A DNA stretch of 61,346 nucleotides, counting the filler, from Chiloscyllium plagiosum (Eukaryota): the NCBI RefSeq assembly GCF_004010195.1. It is 5 parts of one record of this genome, joined end to end, with 100 filler letters (N's around TTAATTAATTAA, not from the genome) between each part and the next. Parts side by side here need not be neighbours in the genome. Positions count along the whole stretch, not along the records: positions 34,120 to 43,757 come from NC_057714.1; positions 43,858 to 52,641 come from NC_057714.1; 3 more parts are not named here. One strand, given 5' to 3'. Shown here piece after piece: positions 37,570-51,302 of this stretch. A model generated the notes under the pieces. It saw only the letters and a list, made by a program, of their open reading frames with translations. It searched no databases and was not told the origin of the DNA. Made by a program: the position numbers and the translations under genes. Every line of letters starts with the position of its first letter. Position 1 is the stretch's first letter.

Positions 37570-38820
37570 AAGTGACATAGGGCAAATGGATTGGCTGCTT
37601 ACAGCTTTAGAGACTGCGTAGGTAATACTGGGTGGGAGTGTAAAGACCTGCAGCGTGGCTGGACTCACTGTGGAGCATCTGTGATGCTGAGGATGTCATG
37701 GATAGCATGTTTAGTGAGTTGGTCACACGACAGATAAGGATTATACTGATATAAAAGCATTGGGTAACCACCAGGGAGTCTAATAAGCATGTGCAGACAG
37801 TGTAGAAATTCCCTGTGACTATCTGCCTCTATAACAGATATACAGTTTTGGATACCTTTAGAGGGGTGGCCTCTCAGGGGAAAGCGAGAATCGTCAAGTT
37901 TGTTACACCATGGTTGGCTCTACTGCACAGCAGGGGAGGAACAAGACTGGGAGTCCTTTAGTGATAGGGGACTCAATTGGAAGTGTAATTGATAGGTGTT
38001 TCTGTGATAGCAAACAAGACTCTCAAATTGTATGTTGCCTCCCGGTGCCAGGATCAGGAATGTCTCAGAGTGGCTGCAGGGCATTCTTTGGTACTAACGA
38101 CATGGGTAAAAAAAGAAATAAGGAACTGCAGCAGGAGTTTAGAGAGTTAGGTACTAGAGTAAAGAGGAAGACTACTAAAGTTGTAATCTCTGGATTAATT
38201 CTAGTGCCATGTGCTATAAATTCAGGAGTAGGAACATGTATCAGATAAATGCATGGCTAAAAGGATGGTTTCGAAGGGAGGACTTTAAGTTTCTGGATCA
38301 TTGAGACCATTTCTAGGGTAGATGGGACATCTACAAGCAGGATGGGTTGCACCTGAATCAGAATGGATCCAATTTCCTTGTGGGTGGATTGGCTTGGGAG
38401 GTTTTAATTGATTTGGCAAGGGGCTGGGGCTTAGTGTAGATGTAATGTCAGGAGCAAAGTCCAATTAGATATTGAAGGAGAGACAAGGAAATACAGGAGG
38501 TGGAAGACATGGGTGGGAAATGACACAAGGGAGAGTGAGAAAGCTAAATTGTCTGTATTTCTATGCAAGGAGCCTAACTGCTAAGGTGGATGAACTGAGA
38601 ACATTGGTCAGCATGTGGAGATATGATATTGTTGCAACTGCTGAGACATAGTTGAAGGAAGGACAGGACTCAATGTTCCAGGCACAGAAGTTGCAGACGG
38701 GATGGAGAGGTGGAGTAAGCAAGGTGGGGTATTGCATTACTGATAAAGGAAACCCACCTCTGAGTAATTAGGCAGGATGTTGGAAAAGTGTCTCCAAATA
38801 AGGCCACCTTAGTAGAGCTT
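37570..38820 (+). mobile_element. Old CR1 5' fragment (esterase/APE)
   Basis: VIGDS, CCLP, GTNDMG, VVISGL motifs with stops. Confidence 0.82.
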
Positions 38821-41800
38821 AGGAATTGATTTTCCTTTTAAGCACCTCCTGAGCAGCCATAATCTTATATGCCTCATTAGCCCCTGATGAAGAGTCTCTC
38901 CCCATGGACCAGGCCTGACCCGCTGTGATCGCCAGCATTTTCTGTTTTCAGTACAGATTCTAGCATCTGCAGTAATTTGCTTCTACCTCATATGCTTTAC
39001 TCTGTCTAAACACTTTATGATCTGTAGGCATTCATCCATGTGACATTTTATAAATTCCCACTTTAGAAATAGAACCAAGGTTGGGATACAGACAGACTCT
39101 AACCTCACACCTTTAATGCATTGTCTGAGCTGAGAAGCCACCTTTCTTTTATACTGATAAAACCTGAAGTTGTCTTGGATGTGAATGTAGAAGGTATTAT
39201 CATTAAATTTGGAGATGGTAGTGTTGTTGATAGTGAGCAGGATAGTCTAAGGCTCCAGGTTGTTATTCATCTGCTTGTAAATTGGCCAGAGCGATGGCAC
39301 ATGTTTAGGGTTGTAGCAAGTTGTCTCAAGAAAATCTAAGAAAGTTTTTTTTTACCCGGAGGGTACTAGAAATATGGAATGTGCTGCCTGAGAGGATGGT
39401 GGAGGCAGATACTCTTGTAACATTTTAGAAGATTAGTTTAGGATATCTGGTCCGCATGGATGAGTGGTCTGAAGGGTGTGTTTCTATGCTGTACATCCCC
39501 ATAACTCTAAGCATCTAGTTGAGCACTTAAGTTGCTGGGGCATAGTAGACTATGGTCCAAATGAAGATAAATGAGATTATTGTACTTTTGTGTTTATTGG
39601 TTCATACAATCATAGAATCCATACAGTGTAGAAAGACGCCATTCAGTTCATCCAGTGTGCACTGACCCAGCACCCCCAATCTATTCCCTCAATCCCCCAT
39701 TTGCCATGGTTAAACCACCCAGCCTACACATTGGCAGAGACGTGATGGGCTGAAGGGCCCGATTCAATTGTGTATGACTGTGACTGTACTTCTGTCTTGC
39801 CTTGCCTTTGCCAGCACAATCACAAACCCAGTAACTTGTCAAGGTATAGCAGTGGTAGAAAGTGAGGACTGCAAATTCTAGAGATCTGAGTTGTGAGTGA
39901 GGTGCTGGAAAAGCACAGCAGGTCAGGCAGCATCCGAGGAACAGGAGAATCAACATTTCGGGCATAAGCCCTTCATCGGAAAGCTATAGCAGTGGTCAAT
40001 TGAAGTAGGTGGACATATTGTTGCACGGTGCACTGTTATGTTAATCTCACACATGGAGCATATTCCAGCTGCCTGTACAGCAAACACACTGCACATCCCT
40101 CAACCAAATGGTCATCTCTCCAAGTTGAAAGAAGGACCCCTCACTGGAGTCAAGTGGGTTTGCTGGTAGTCAGGCAATCTGGTACAGTCAGTCAAGATCA
40201 TTGTCCTCATACAGAACAGGATTTGGCCATGATGAGTTGTCTCCTTAGAACTGTCACAGTCAAGGTTATATTTCAGTAGAGCCTGCAGAGTGGTCCATGA
40301 TCAGTCTTGTGGATCAGTCGAATGAACATGGAGGAGGGGGAATTGTGGGATGTGTAACTGAAGGGAGGTGGAGGGAATCAATGCTGTTGGGCACAAATAT
40401 AGTGACAGGGAGGTACTCTTGATTATGTAAATGGGCAAGAGGCTGTGAGGACATGGGATGCAGAGACCTGGGTGGTGGGGTGATGGCTGTGTGATTGGGG
40501 GCCACCACCCACAACCTCTTCAATAGGGAACTGTGCAGCATGATGGTGGGCATCACCGAGCTGTAGTGACTGGGTTCAGGGGGTAAGGAGGACAGTTGGA
40601 GTCTCAGTTTAAGTTGATGGGTGGGCACCTGTGAGGGTTCAGTCCCGATAGGTCGTCCGGGGATTGCTAAACAGAAAGTGACGTGGAAGTTTGGAGGCGC
40701 CACCTGACCAACGTCACCTGTATTACCTTCATGATTAACCGATTGCTTGAAGCTGCTGGGATCAAGCGTGGTGTGGGCAGAGTCAATGTGAGTTCAATAG
40801 CCAAAACCACAAGGTCCATTTTTGCACAACAGGAGCCCCGACAAGGAACAATTGCATCCACCACCCACCTACAGAGCTTCACATCATTTACAATTGTGTC
40901 AGTATACATGTGAGAGGAGTACAAGATTGTGGGTTTCAAATGCTGGTTACTGCCAATATTGCCCCTGCCATTGCCCCCTGCTAATTTCAGATAGCAATCA
41001 TAGGCAACCAACGGCCACAGTGCATACATATTAGGGAAGATATCCTCAACTGCAAAGGGGCAGAGAACTGATTATCTCTCCACCTGATTATTAAGCAGTC
41101 ATACTTCCCATAGCAGATATAGGGGCGGGGAGAAGGATTTTGATGGTCAGTCAGCACATATACTGTGCTACTAACTCTGTGACATTAGTGGTGGAGCACT
41201 AACCAAAATAATATACCATGCCAAATTGGTCATTCTTTATGGAATACAATTTCTGTCATCTTTTTAAGGAGCACGTTAAGCTGTCATTTGCAAGGGAAGT
41301 GACCCTTCACTGTTCTCATTGCTAGTTTATTTTGGGGTTTTGGTCGGCATGGAACGGTTGGACCAAAGATACTGTTTCTATGCCAAATGATTCTATAACC
41401 TCTTCTGTTCCTTATGTTCCCCACCCAGGTTCATTACGAGCATGACTGGAAGATACAGCGATAGCAGATGTGATTATCTCGGTTGCTGCCATGATGAAGG
41501 ACTTCCAGGATGCGTCGCAGACAGAAGAGGACCAGAATCTTTCATCCTCAATGCCATTTCCTCTGGAGAAGCAAGGCACAATGTTGGTGCAGGCTTTAGA
41601 TGTGCGGGGAACCTGTGACTGAACTCGCTGGAGTTGCTGGGTGGCCATCATTTACAGGTAACTTGCAAGGTGACTGATGCATTCACCCTTTATATGAGAC
41701 ATTCCTTCCTATGGGTCCTTTTTAAGCATTTGTCAATACCCACTAATAAATGTATCAAGGCTACCATTTGTTGTTTGTCCCCAGTTGACCTTGAAATCTT

Positions 41801-42239
41801 TGGTTTTCTTGGCCATTTCAGAGAGCAGTTAAGAGGCAACCGCGTCAGAGGTAGGCATGGACTCATGTGTAAGCCAGACCAAGTACCAGGTAAGGATGTA
41901 GATTGTTTTTCTTAAAGAATAGATAGATTTTTATAACAATCAGTGTTGGCTACCCGCTTGCCTTTAGGCTAGCTTTTAATCTGAGGTTTTATTGAACTCA
42001 AATTTCACCGTCTACCACCGTAAGCCTTCAGAACATGAGTCTGGGGCTCTGAGATTACTAGCCAGTGACATTACTAAAACTGAAATAGCTATCTTTTAAA
42101 ATCCTGCATGTTTTCCTAAAAGGTACTGTCCTGCCAGACTGTTTGTTCCAAATTTAGTGTCCTTCCTGACTTCTACCTTTAAACTACAGTGCTTTGCTTG
42201 TCTGCTGCTTCTGAACCATAGTATTTTGCTTGACTGTTC

Positions 42240-43485
42240 TGTAGTGATTGCAGTGAGGACAGCCAGATGGACCTCATGGAAAATGAGTTCCCGATTTGGA
42301 CTGTTAATCTGGTCCAATCAGGGAGCCCTGGCTGACAGATAAAGAACATGAGTGTTAGATATCCTGTTCACTCTGAGAGATGGCTCTGATCCAGCTGGAT
42401 CAGTGTCAAGGACTCTCCAAGTGTAAACAAAAGGTGAATTGGTGACAAGATGCCAGCCTCTGTGGAGTTATTTCAGTGGCAATGAGGGCAAAGCACGCTG
42501 CTGAATAAATTCATTTGCAATAGTCATCTTTGAGTTGGCGTAAGCATTTCTGACATCATGCTGTTATTTGGGAAGCTTGACTTGTTCGATCCTGCAGTTG
42601 AAGACTGTGTCTGGTTTGTGGAAAGAATGCGTTATTTTTTCCAGGTGAATGACACTGGGTTAGATGAAAAGCAGTGAGTAATTCTCCAGGCAGCTTGTGC
42701 ACCTGAAGCGTTTTCGGTTATAAGGAAGCACCAGATACTAAAACCTTTCAAGTGTTGACAGATTTAGTTAAGGAATATTTCAACCCCAAAGCTTCCTCTA
42801 ATTCTCAGATGCTATTGGTTTTATTTGGTATTTCAAGAACTAGGGGAATTCCACAAATGGCTTTGTCATTGGAAAATGTGGCAAGTGGAAAATATGAATT
42901 GCTGTGTATTTTGATGGAAGTGCACACCCTTACCAGTGCGAGTGAGCTCGGGGAATACCACCTGAGTGCAGGCAATTGGATAGCCTCACTCAGGACATAT
43001 CCTGAACAGAGGGACTGCAAAACCCCAAAACAAAGCCAGGCTTCGGCAAAACATTTCAAATTTTCATCAGGATCCAGGCCATTGCAGTTACTACTGGTAT
43101 GCAGATTTAAGATAGCAGAGGTTTTCCACAATTGAGTGAGAGAACTCATAGGCCATTACCCAGGAGAGTGCACACCCCAGAAAGTCCACCTGCAGCTGGT
43201 TTGGAACAGTTAAATTGCTTAGCAACATCAAAATCAGAGCCAATCAAAATAAACATCTGGTTAAATAGTCACCTGGTTCTAATGGTAGTCAATACCGGCG
43301 CGGCTGTTTTCAGTGATTGCAGAACCAGTCTTTAACAAAATACACTCTGGACTCTTAACACTTAACTTGCTCAAGACCACGGCTAGACTGAGAACCTATA
43401 CTGGGGAGCCTTTACAGATTAAGGTACAACTTCGGTTCCGGTCTGTGATGTGCAGCAGCTTGTTCAGTTACCACTGATTGTAGTA
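42240..43485 (+). mobile_element. Gypsy-type LTR retrotransposon remnant: LTR 42240-42475, PBS, degenerate gag and protease
   Basis: TG..CA LTR followed by TGGCAATGAG; gag-like MLLFGKLDLFDPAVEDCVWFVERMRYFFQVN; protease-like MVVNTGAAV. Confidence 0.75.
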
Positions 43486-44419
43486 GTAAGTAGACAATAG
43501 ACAATAGGTGCAGGAGTAGACCATTCAGCCCTTCGAGCCTGCACCGCCATTCAATATAATCATGGCTGATCATTCCTAATCAGTATCCTGTTCCTGCCTT
43601 ATCTCCATAACCCTTGACTCCACTATCTTTGAGAGCTCTATCCAACTCCTTCTTAAATGAATCCAGAGAGTGGGCCTCCACTGCCCTCTGGGGCAGAGCA
43701 TTCCACACAGCCACCACTCTCTGGGTGAAGAAATTTCTCCTGAGCTCTGTCCTAAATNNNNNNNNNNNNNNNNNNNNNNNNNNNNNNNNNNNNNNNNNNN
43801 NTTAATTAATTAANNNNNNNNNNNNNNNNNNNNNNNNNNNNNNNNNNNNNNNNNNNNGAAGGAATGTCTTACGAGGAAAGGCTGAGGGCCTTGAGGCTGT
43901 TTTCGTTAGAGAGAAGAAGGTTGAGAGGTGACTTAATAGAGACATACAAGATAATCAGAGGGTTAGATAGGGTGGACAGGGAGAGCCTTTTTCCAAGTAT
44001 GGTGATGGTGAGCACGGGGGGGCATAACCTTAAATTGAGGGGTGATAGATGTCAGAGGTAGTTTCTTTACTTGGTAGTAAGGGTATGGAATGCTTTGCCT
44101 GCAACAGTAGTAGATCCGCCAACTTTAAGTACATTTAAGTCGTCATTGGACAAGCAAATGGACCTACATGGAATAGTGTAGGTTAGATGGGCTTCAGATT
44201 GGAATGACAGGTCGGTGCAACATCGAGGGCCGAAGGGCCTGTACTGCACTTAATGTTCTTTGTTCTATGCTATTGTTGATAGCTCAGAGCACGTCATGCC
44301 CAGCAATGAAATGCTTGAAATCTATCCCATTCAGCATGCCGCACAACACAGTTCAGGATATTGTCAATATGAAGTTGGGACTTCATCTCCACAAGGACCG
44401 TCCTCTTACTGATACTGTC

Positions 44420-47220
44420 AAGGTGAAGGAACCCTTCAGAGGCAGTGATCATAATATAATTGAATATACTCTGCAATTTGAGTGGGACAGGATAGAGTCA
44501 GAGGGAACAGTATTATAACTGAATAAAGGCAACTACAGAGGGAGGAGGTTGGAGCTGGGTAGAATTGACTGGGAGAGGAGTCCAGCAGGAAAGATAGTGG
44601 CAATGGCAGGAGTTTCTGGGAGTAATTCAGGAGACACAGCAGAGATTCCTCCCGAGGAAAAAGAAGCATGATGCAGAGAGGACAGCTGTTTGGGGAATTC
44701 AGGGATAGCAGAAAAGCAAAATGAAAAGCATAAAATGTGGTGAAGGGCAGTGGAAAACCAGAGGATTTGGAAGTTTATGAAGACCAATAGACAGCAACAA
44801 AAAAAGAAATAAGAAGGGAGAATATTAAACATAAGGGTACACAAGGCAGCAATAAAAGAAGACTGTAAGAGTTTCTTTAGATAGATAAAGGGCAAAAGAG
44901 AGGCAAAACTGGACATTGGGCCGTTGGAAAATGATGCTGGAGAGATAGTAGTTGGGAACATGGAAATGGCTGAGAAACTGAATAATTACATCACGTCAGT
45001 CTTCACGGTGGAAGACATGAGTAATTACCCAAAGATTCAAGAGAGTGAGGGGGCAGAGCTGAGTATGGTGACTATCACTAGGAGAAGGTGCTAGAAAAAC
45101 TCAATGGCCTAAAGGTGGATAAATCATCAGATAGGCTACACCCCAGAGTTCTAAGGGAGTTAGCTGAAGAGATAGTGGAGGCATTGGTGGTGATCTTTCA
45201 GGAATCGCTAGAATCAGGGAAAGTCCCAAAGGTCTGGAAAATCGCTAACGTGACACTCCTTTTTAAAAAGAGAGTAAGGCAAAAGATGGAAACTTACAGA
45301 CCAATTCACTAAATCCATTGTGAAGGTTGAGATTTCTGAATACTTGGAAATGCAAGGTAAAATAGGACAAAGTCAGCATGGTTTCATCATGGGGAAGTCA
45401 GGCATGACAAATCTGTTAGAATTCTTTGAGGAGGTAACAAACAGGTTTGACCAAGGAGAGCCAATGGATATTATCTACCTGGACTTCAAGGAGGCCTTTG
45501 ACAAGGTGCTGCATAGGAGGCGACTGAACAAAGAACAAAGAAAATTACAACACAGGAACAGGCCCTTCGGCCCTCCAAGCCTGCACTGATCCAAATTCTC
45601 TATTAAACCTGTCACCTATTTTCTAAGGATCTGTATCCCTCTGCTCCCTGCCCATTCATGTATTGTTTAAATACATTTTAAATGACGCTTCATGCCTACC
45701 TCTACCACCTCCACTGGCAATGCGCTCCAGGCATCTACCACCCTCTGCGTAAAGAACTTTCCACACATGTCTCCCTTAAACCTTTCCCCTCACCTTGAAC
45801 TCATAGACCTCTCATGATTTTGTAGATCTCAATCAGGTCTCCCCCCAACCTCCGTCTTTCTAACGAAAATAATCCTAATCTACTCAACCCCTCTTCACAG
45901 CTCGCAACCTCCATACCAGACAATATCCTGGTGAACTTCCTCTGCACCCTCTCCAAACATCCATATCCTTTTGGTAATATGGCGACCAAAACTGGAGGGC
46001 GGGCAGGGGCTATGCAGTCTTCCAAATGTGCCTGAATCAAAGTCCTATACAACTGTGACATGACCTGCCAGCTCTTGTACTCAATACCCCGTTCAATCGT
46101 ACTGAGTAAGATGGTGTCCAAGGCAATATGCTAGCATGGATAGAAGCTTGGCTGTCTGGCAGAAAGCAGAGAATGGGGATAAAAGGGTCCTCCTCAGGAT
46201 GACAAGTGGTGATCTTCAAGGCTTAGTGTTGGGACTAAAACTTTTCACGTTATACATTAATGATCTGGATGAAGGAACTGAGGGCACTCTGGCTAAGTTT
46301 TCAGACAATACAAAGATAGGTACAGGGACAGGTAGCATTAAGGAGGCAAGGAGGCTGCAAAAGGATTTGGACAGGTTAGGAGAGTGGGCAAAGAAGTGGA
46401 AGATGGAGTACAATGTGGTAAAATATGTGGTCATTGATTTCGGTAGGAAGAATAGAGGCTTGGGCTATTTTCCAAGTGGAAAGAAAATTCAGCAGTCTGA
46501 AGTGCAAAGAGACTTGGGAGTTCTAGTCCAGGAATCCCTCAATGTAATCATATAGGTTGAGTTCGTAATTAAGAAGGCAAGTGCAATGATGGCATTTATT
46601 TTGAAAGGACTCGAAGAAAAAGGCAGGGATGTACTTCTGAGACTCCATAAGACTCTAGTCAGACCACATTGTGCGCTGTTTTTGGCCCCATATCTTGGGA
46701 AGGATGTACTGGCTCTGGAGCTTGTTCAGAGGAGGTTCTTGAGAATGGTCACAGGAATGAAAAGCTTAATGTATGAGGAATCTTTGAGGACTCTGGGTCT
46801 AAATATAATAGAGTTTACAAGGATGGGGGGGATCTAATTGAAACATACAGAATACTGAATGGCTTGGACAGAATAGATATTGGGAAGATATTTCCATTGG
46901 TTGGAGAGACTAGGACCTGAGGACATAGCCATAGAATCAACGGAAGACCTTTTAGAATGGAGATGAGGAGAGATTTCTTCAGCCAGAGAGTGATGAATCT
47001 GTGGACTGCTCTGCCACAGAAGGCTGTGGAGGCCAGGTCATTGAGTATATTTAAGACTGAGATAAGTAACGTCTTGAGTATTAAGGGGATCAAGGGTTAC
47101 GGGAAGAAAGCTGAAGAATGGAGTTGAGAAATTTATCAGCCATGATTGAATGGGAGAGTAGACTCAATGGGCTGAATGCCCTGATTTCTGCTCCTATGTC
47201 TGATGGTCATATGGTCTTAT
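44420..47220 (+). mobile_element. CR1 ORF2 (APE end to 3' tail) with an inverted CR1 fragment nested at about 45528-46095
   Basis: GSDHN, IYLDFKEAFDKV, YINDLDEG, KFSDNTKIG. Confidence 0.9.
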
Positions 47221-47524
47221 GGACCGATGCATAAACAGCCAGTAGATTGTTGTGGATGAGGTCAAGTTGTCTCTTTCTATTTGTTGGCTCTTTCTCTTCT
47301 TACTGCAGGCCAAGCCTATGTCCACTATATCTTACATAAACCCATCAGCTGAGGATGTCAGCAGATGGTTATCAGGAGCTGGTTTCCTTGCCCATGTTTG
47401 ACTTGATGCCATAAGACTTCATGGGATTCAGAGTTCATTTGAGGGCACATAGTACAACTTCCACCTGATTGTGTACCACTGCATCATTCTGTCGGGTCAA
47501 TAAGACATGCCCATAAATGGTGGT

Positions 47525-49040
47525 CGAGAGTGTTGTGCTGGAAAAGCACAGCAGGTCAGGCAGCATCCGAAGAGCAGGAGAATCGTCGTTTCGGGCATAA
47601 GCCCTTCATTAGGAATGAGGCTTGTGGGCTGTTGGGCTGAGAGACAAATGAGAGGGGTATGGGGCTAGAGGGAAGGTAGCTAAGAATGCGATAGGTAGAT
47701 GAAGGTGAGGGAAAAAGTGATAAGTCACAGGTGGAGGGTGGAGCGGATAGCTGGGAATGGTGATGGACAGTTTAGGAAGGTGGTGCCGAGTTGGAGACTT
47801 GGGACTGGGATAATGTGAGGGCAGGAGAAATGAGGAAACTGTTGAAATCCACATTAATCCCATTTGGTTGCAGGGTCACAAGGAATATGAGCCATACTTC
47901 CTCCAGTTGTTGGGTGGTAAGGGTTTGGCGATGGAGGAGACCTAGGACCTGCATGCCCTTGACGGACTGGGAGGGGGAGTTGAAGTGTTTAGCCACAGGG
48001 CAGTGGTGTTGGTGGGTGCAGGTGTCCCAGAAATGTTTTCTAAAATGATCCGCAAGGAGGAGTCCTGCCTCCCTGATGTAGAGGAGACCACATCAGGTGC
48101 AATGGATATAACAGATGACATTGGTGGTGGTACAGGTAAATTTCTGTTAGATATATAAGGATCCTTTGGGGCCTTGGATGGAGGTGAGGGGAGTGGTGTG
48201 GGTGTAGGTTTTACACTTCCTGTGGTGGCAGGGTAAGGTGCCCAGAGTGGGGTGTGGGTTGGTGGGGGTGTGGATCTGACAAGAGTTCGCGAAGGGAATA
48301 GTGTAACAAACACTACATTGGACAAACAGGCAGAAAACTAGCCACCAGGACACATGAACATCAACTAGCCACAAAAAGGCGTGACCCACTCTCACTAATA
48401 TCCTTACATATGGATGAGGAAGGACACCACTTCAACTGGGATAACTCATCCATCTGAGGTAAGCCAAACAGAGACACACATGAGAATTCCTGGAAGCATG
48501 GCCTTCCAACTGGAACTCTATCCACAAACAAGTTGACTTTGATCCCATTTACCACACCTTGAGATAAAGAACAGGAAATTATATCACTAGATGAAATGAT
48601 GTCACCACAGAAATTGACATCACCAACCCAAGAAAACTCAAACATATATATAGAAAGGGGGCTACACCATCGGTGCTTCATTCGGAACCTCACTGAAGAT
48701 GTTACCTATTATGGTGACAAAATATTTGAAAATGAACCTTCCAGCTCAGTGAGCAAACCTACATTCCGGGAATGGTCTCTCTGGAATGCTGATAGGGGTG
48801 TGGAGGGAAATATATTTCTCATGGTGGATTCTGTTTGTAGGTGGCGGAAATGGAGGAGGATGATGCGATGTTAGCGGAGGTTGGTGTGGTGGAAGGTAAA
48901 GATCGGGGGGTTCTGTCCTTGGTGCATTGGGAGGGGTGAGGTTCATGGGCGGTGGTGCAGGAAGTGGAGGAGATGTGCTGGAGGGCATCATCGACCACAT
49001 GAGAAGGGAAATTGCAATCTTGGAAGAATGAGGCCATCTG
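47525..49040 (-). mobile_element. Penelope-like element family A (RT thumb, GIY-YIG, 3' end) interrupted by a family B Penelope fragment at about 48298-48765 (+)
   Basis: AKHFNSPSQS..LTTQQLEE..TLQPNGINVDF and CGLLYI GIY-YIG motifs; nested YIGQTGRKLATR. Confidence 0.85.
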
Positions 49041-50492
49041 GCTAACTCCACCTTTGAAAACCCCAGATGGCCTCTTTCTTCCAAGATCACAAATTCCCTT
49101 CCCACATGGACGACGATGGAGAGTTACAATTTTGAAGAGACCTTGGGGTTGTTTACCTTAGCACAGAGGAGATTGAGAGGGGACATGATTGAGAGGTATA
49201 AAATTATGCAGGGCGTGCATCGATAGGGTAGCCAGGAAGAAACGTTTCCTCTTGATAGATGGATCAATGACCAGGACATAGATTTAAGAGGAGGAGCTGA
49301 AGATTTAAGAGAAGAAATGAGGACAAACTCTTTCCCAGCAGGATGTGAGAATTGGAACTCACTGTCTGCAAAGATGGTAAAGGTATATTTAAGAAGTAAT
49401 CAGATATGCACTTGCAGTGCCAAGGCATACAAGGCTTTAGAACAACGCAGGAACATGGCATTAGAATCTGGCCTGTTTTGACCAATACATACATGACCAG
49501 CAGAAGGGCCTTTTTTCTATACTGTAAATCTCAATGACTATGACGGTAAGAATCAACCATATTGCTGTGGATCTGGAGTCACATGTAGGCCAGACCAGAT
49601 GAGGATGCCAGATTTCCTTACAGAAAGGACATTGATGATCCTAATAAGGTTTTATGAGAATGGACATGGTTGCCATTTGAATAGTGTTTAATTCATGATT
49701 TGTCAATTGAAGTCAAATTTTAACATTTGCTGTGGTCAGATTTGAAACCATGCCTCTGTATCATGAACAGAGTCTTCGGATTACTCATCCAATAATACTC
49801 CTCAACTGCACATTGCTAATTATGAAGATGGAAGGTGGTTGATTTGAAATGTTGAATGTCTGAGGAAGGTCTGAGTTTGAAAGGAAAGTTCGTGGCTGAT
49901 TCTTACCTGTCATAGTACTGTCCTCAACTGCTTGTGTTGTTATATATCTACCAGTATGTAAATGATAGTAAGTAGAACATAGAACATAGAAAAGTACAGC
50001 ACAGAACAGGCCCTTTGGCCCATAGTGTTGTGCCGAGGTTTAATCCTAATGTAAAATATAGTAACTGAACCTACACATCCCTCAACTCACTGCTATCCAT
50101 GTGCATGTCCAGCAGTCGCTTAAATGTCCCGAATGACTCTGCTTCCACCACCACAGCGGGCAACGCATTCCACGCATTCACAACTCTCTGCGTAAAGAAC
50201 CTACCTATTACATCTCCTTTATACCTTCCTCCTAATATCTTCAAACTATGACCCCTCGTACCAGTCAATCCTGCCCTGGGGAAAAGTCTCTGGCTATTGA
50301 CTCTATCTATTCCACTGATTATTTTGTACACCTCAATCAGGTTAAGTTGTTGGGTTGAAGTTACTATTCACCCAATTAATGTGCAAGTCGGTATAATAAT
50401 TGGTGTAACTTAGCAATTATAGCCCTGCAGAATATTCACTCAGTTAGCATTCTTGCTGTCATTAAACCTTATTTATTCTTTTATTTTAACAG

Positions 50493-50708
50493 AAAAGAAA
50501 GCTCTAGATGCACCCATCAACCGCAGATTGGCATCAGACCTTCAGCGCCTAATGGATAAGAAACTTGAATTGGTACTGGAATGGTTGCCTAGCCTGACAC
50601 GCAGAAATCTTGAGAATGACACCATAATTCTTCGCAATCAAATTATCCGCGAAAATGAAATGGCAAAAGTGGAGGCCTCAGATGCCGCACAAGGAATGTC
50701 TGAGGAAG
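50493..50708 (+). CDS. Candidate orphan coding exon, 216 nt, phase 1-1: (E)KKALDAPINRRLASDLQRLMDKKLELVLEWLPSLTRRNLENDTIILRNQIIRENEMAKVEASDAAQGMSEE
   Basis: Strong polypyrimidine acceptor TTTATTTTAACAG, stop-free helical-looking frame, donor AAG|GTCTGA, not recognisable as a repeat. Confidence 0.4.
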
Positions 50709-51302
50709 GTCTGAGATTGGAAATTGTTTCTTGAAGATAATTTTAGCTTATATTTTGCTACAGTTGACCTTTTCAAACATGCAGAGCTTATAACATCTGA
50801 ATGGCATAATACAGTAAACCACTTAGAAACAATAATGCCAATTTGCTTTATTGACAGGATGGGATAGGTTGGGATGTATGAGAAGTGGTAAAATATTAGT
50901 CAGAACAATCCTGCGTCTTTCCTGACTGCCAAGGTTAAGGCACTATACAAAACTATTGCTAAAAGCCGCTGGGGCCGAATTAAGGTGCAGATGTCAATAC
51001 ATCTAACAATGTGACTATTGTTCTTTTTTCATTAGTAATTCAGGAAATGTGGGCATCATTGGCTGGGCAATTACTTATTTGCTTTCCTTATTTTTATTCA
51101 TTCTAGGTTCATGGGCATTGCTGGTTGGCCCAGCATTTATTGCCCAGCTCCAATTACCCTTGAGAAGGTGAACTGCTTTCTTAGACCTCTCTCTGACTTT
51201 TTGAACTGCTGCGGTCCATTTGGTGTAGCTACACCCACTTGTCTCACCTTGCTGAATTTCTGCATTTGGCACAAGTCATATTGCTTAAAACTCTGACAGT
51301 TT

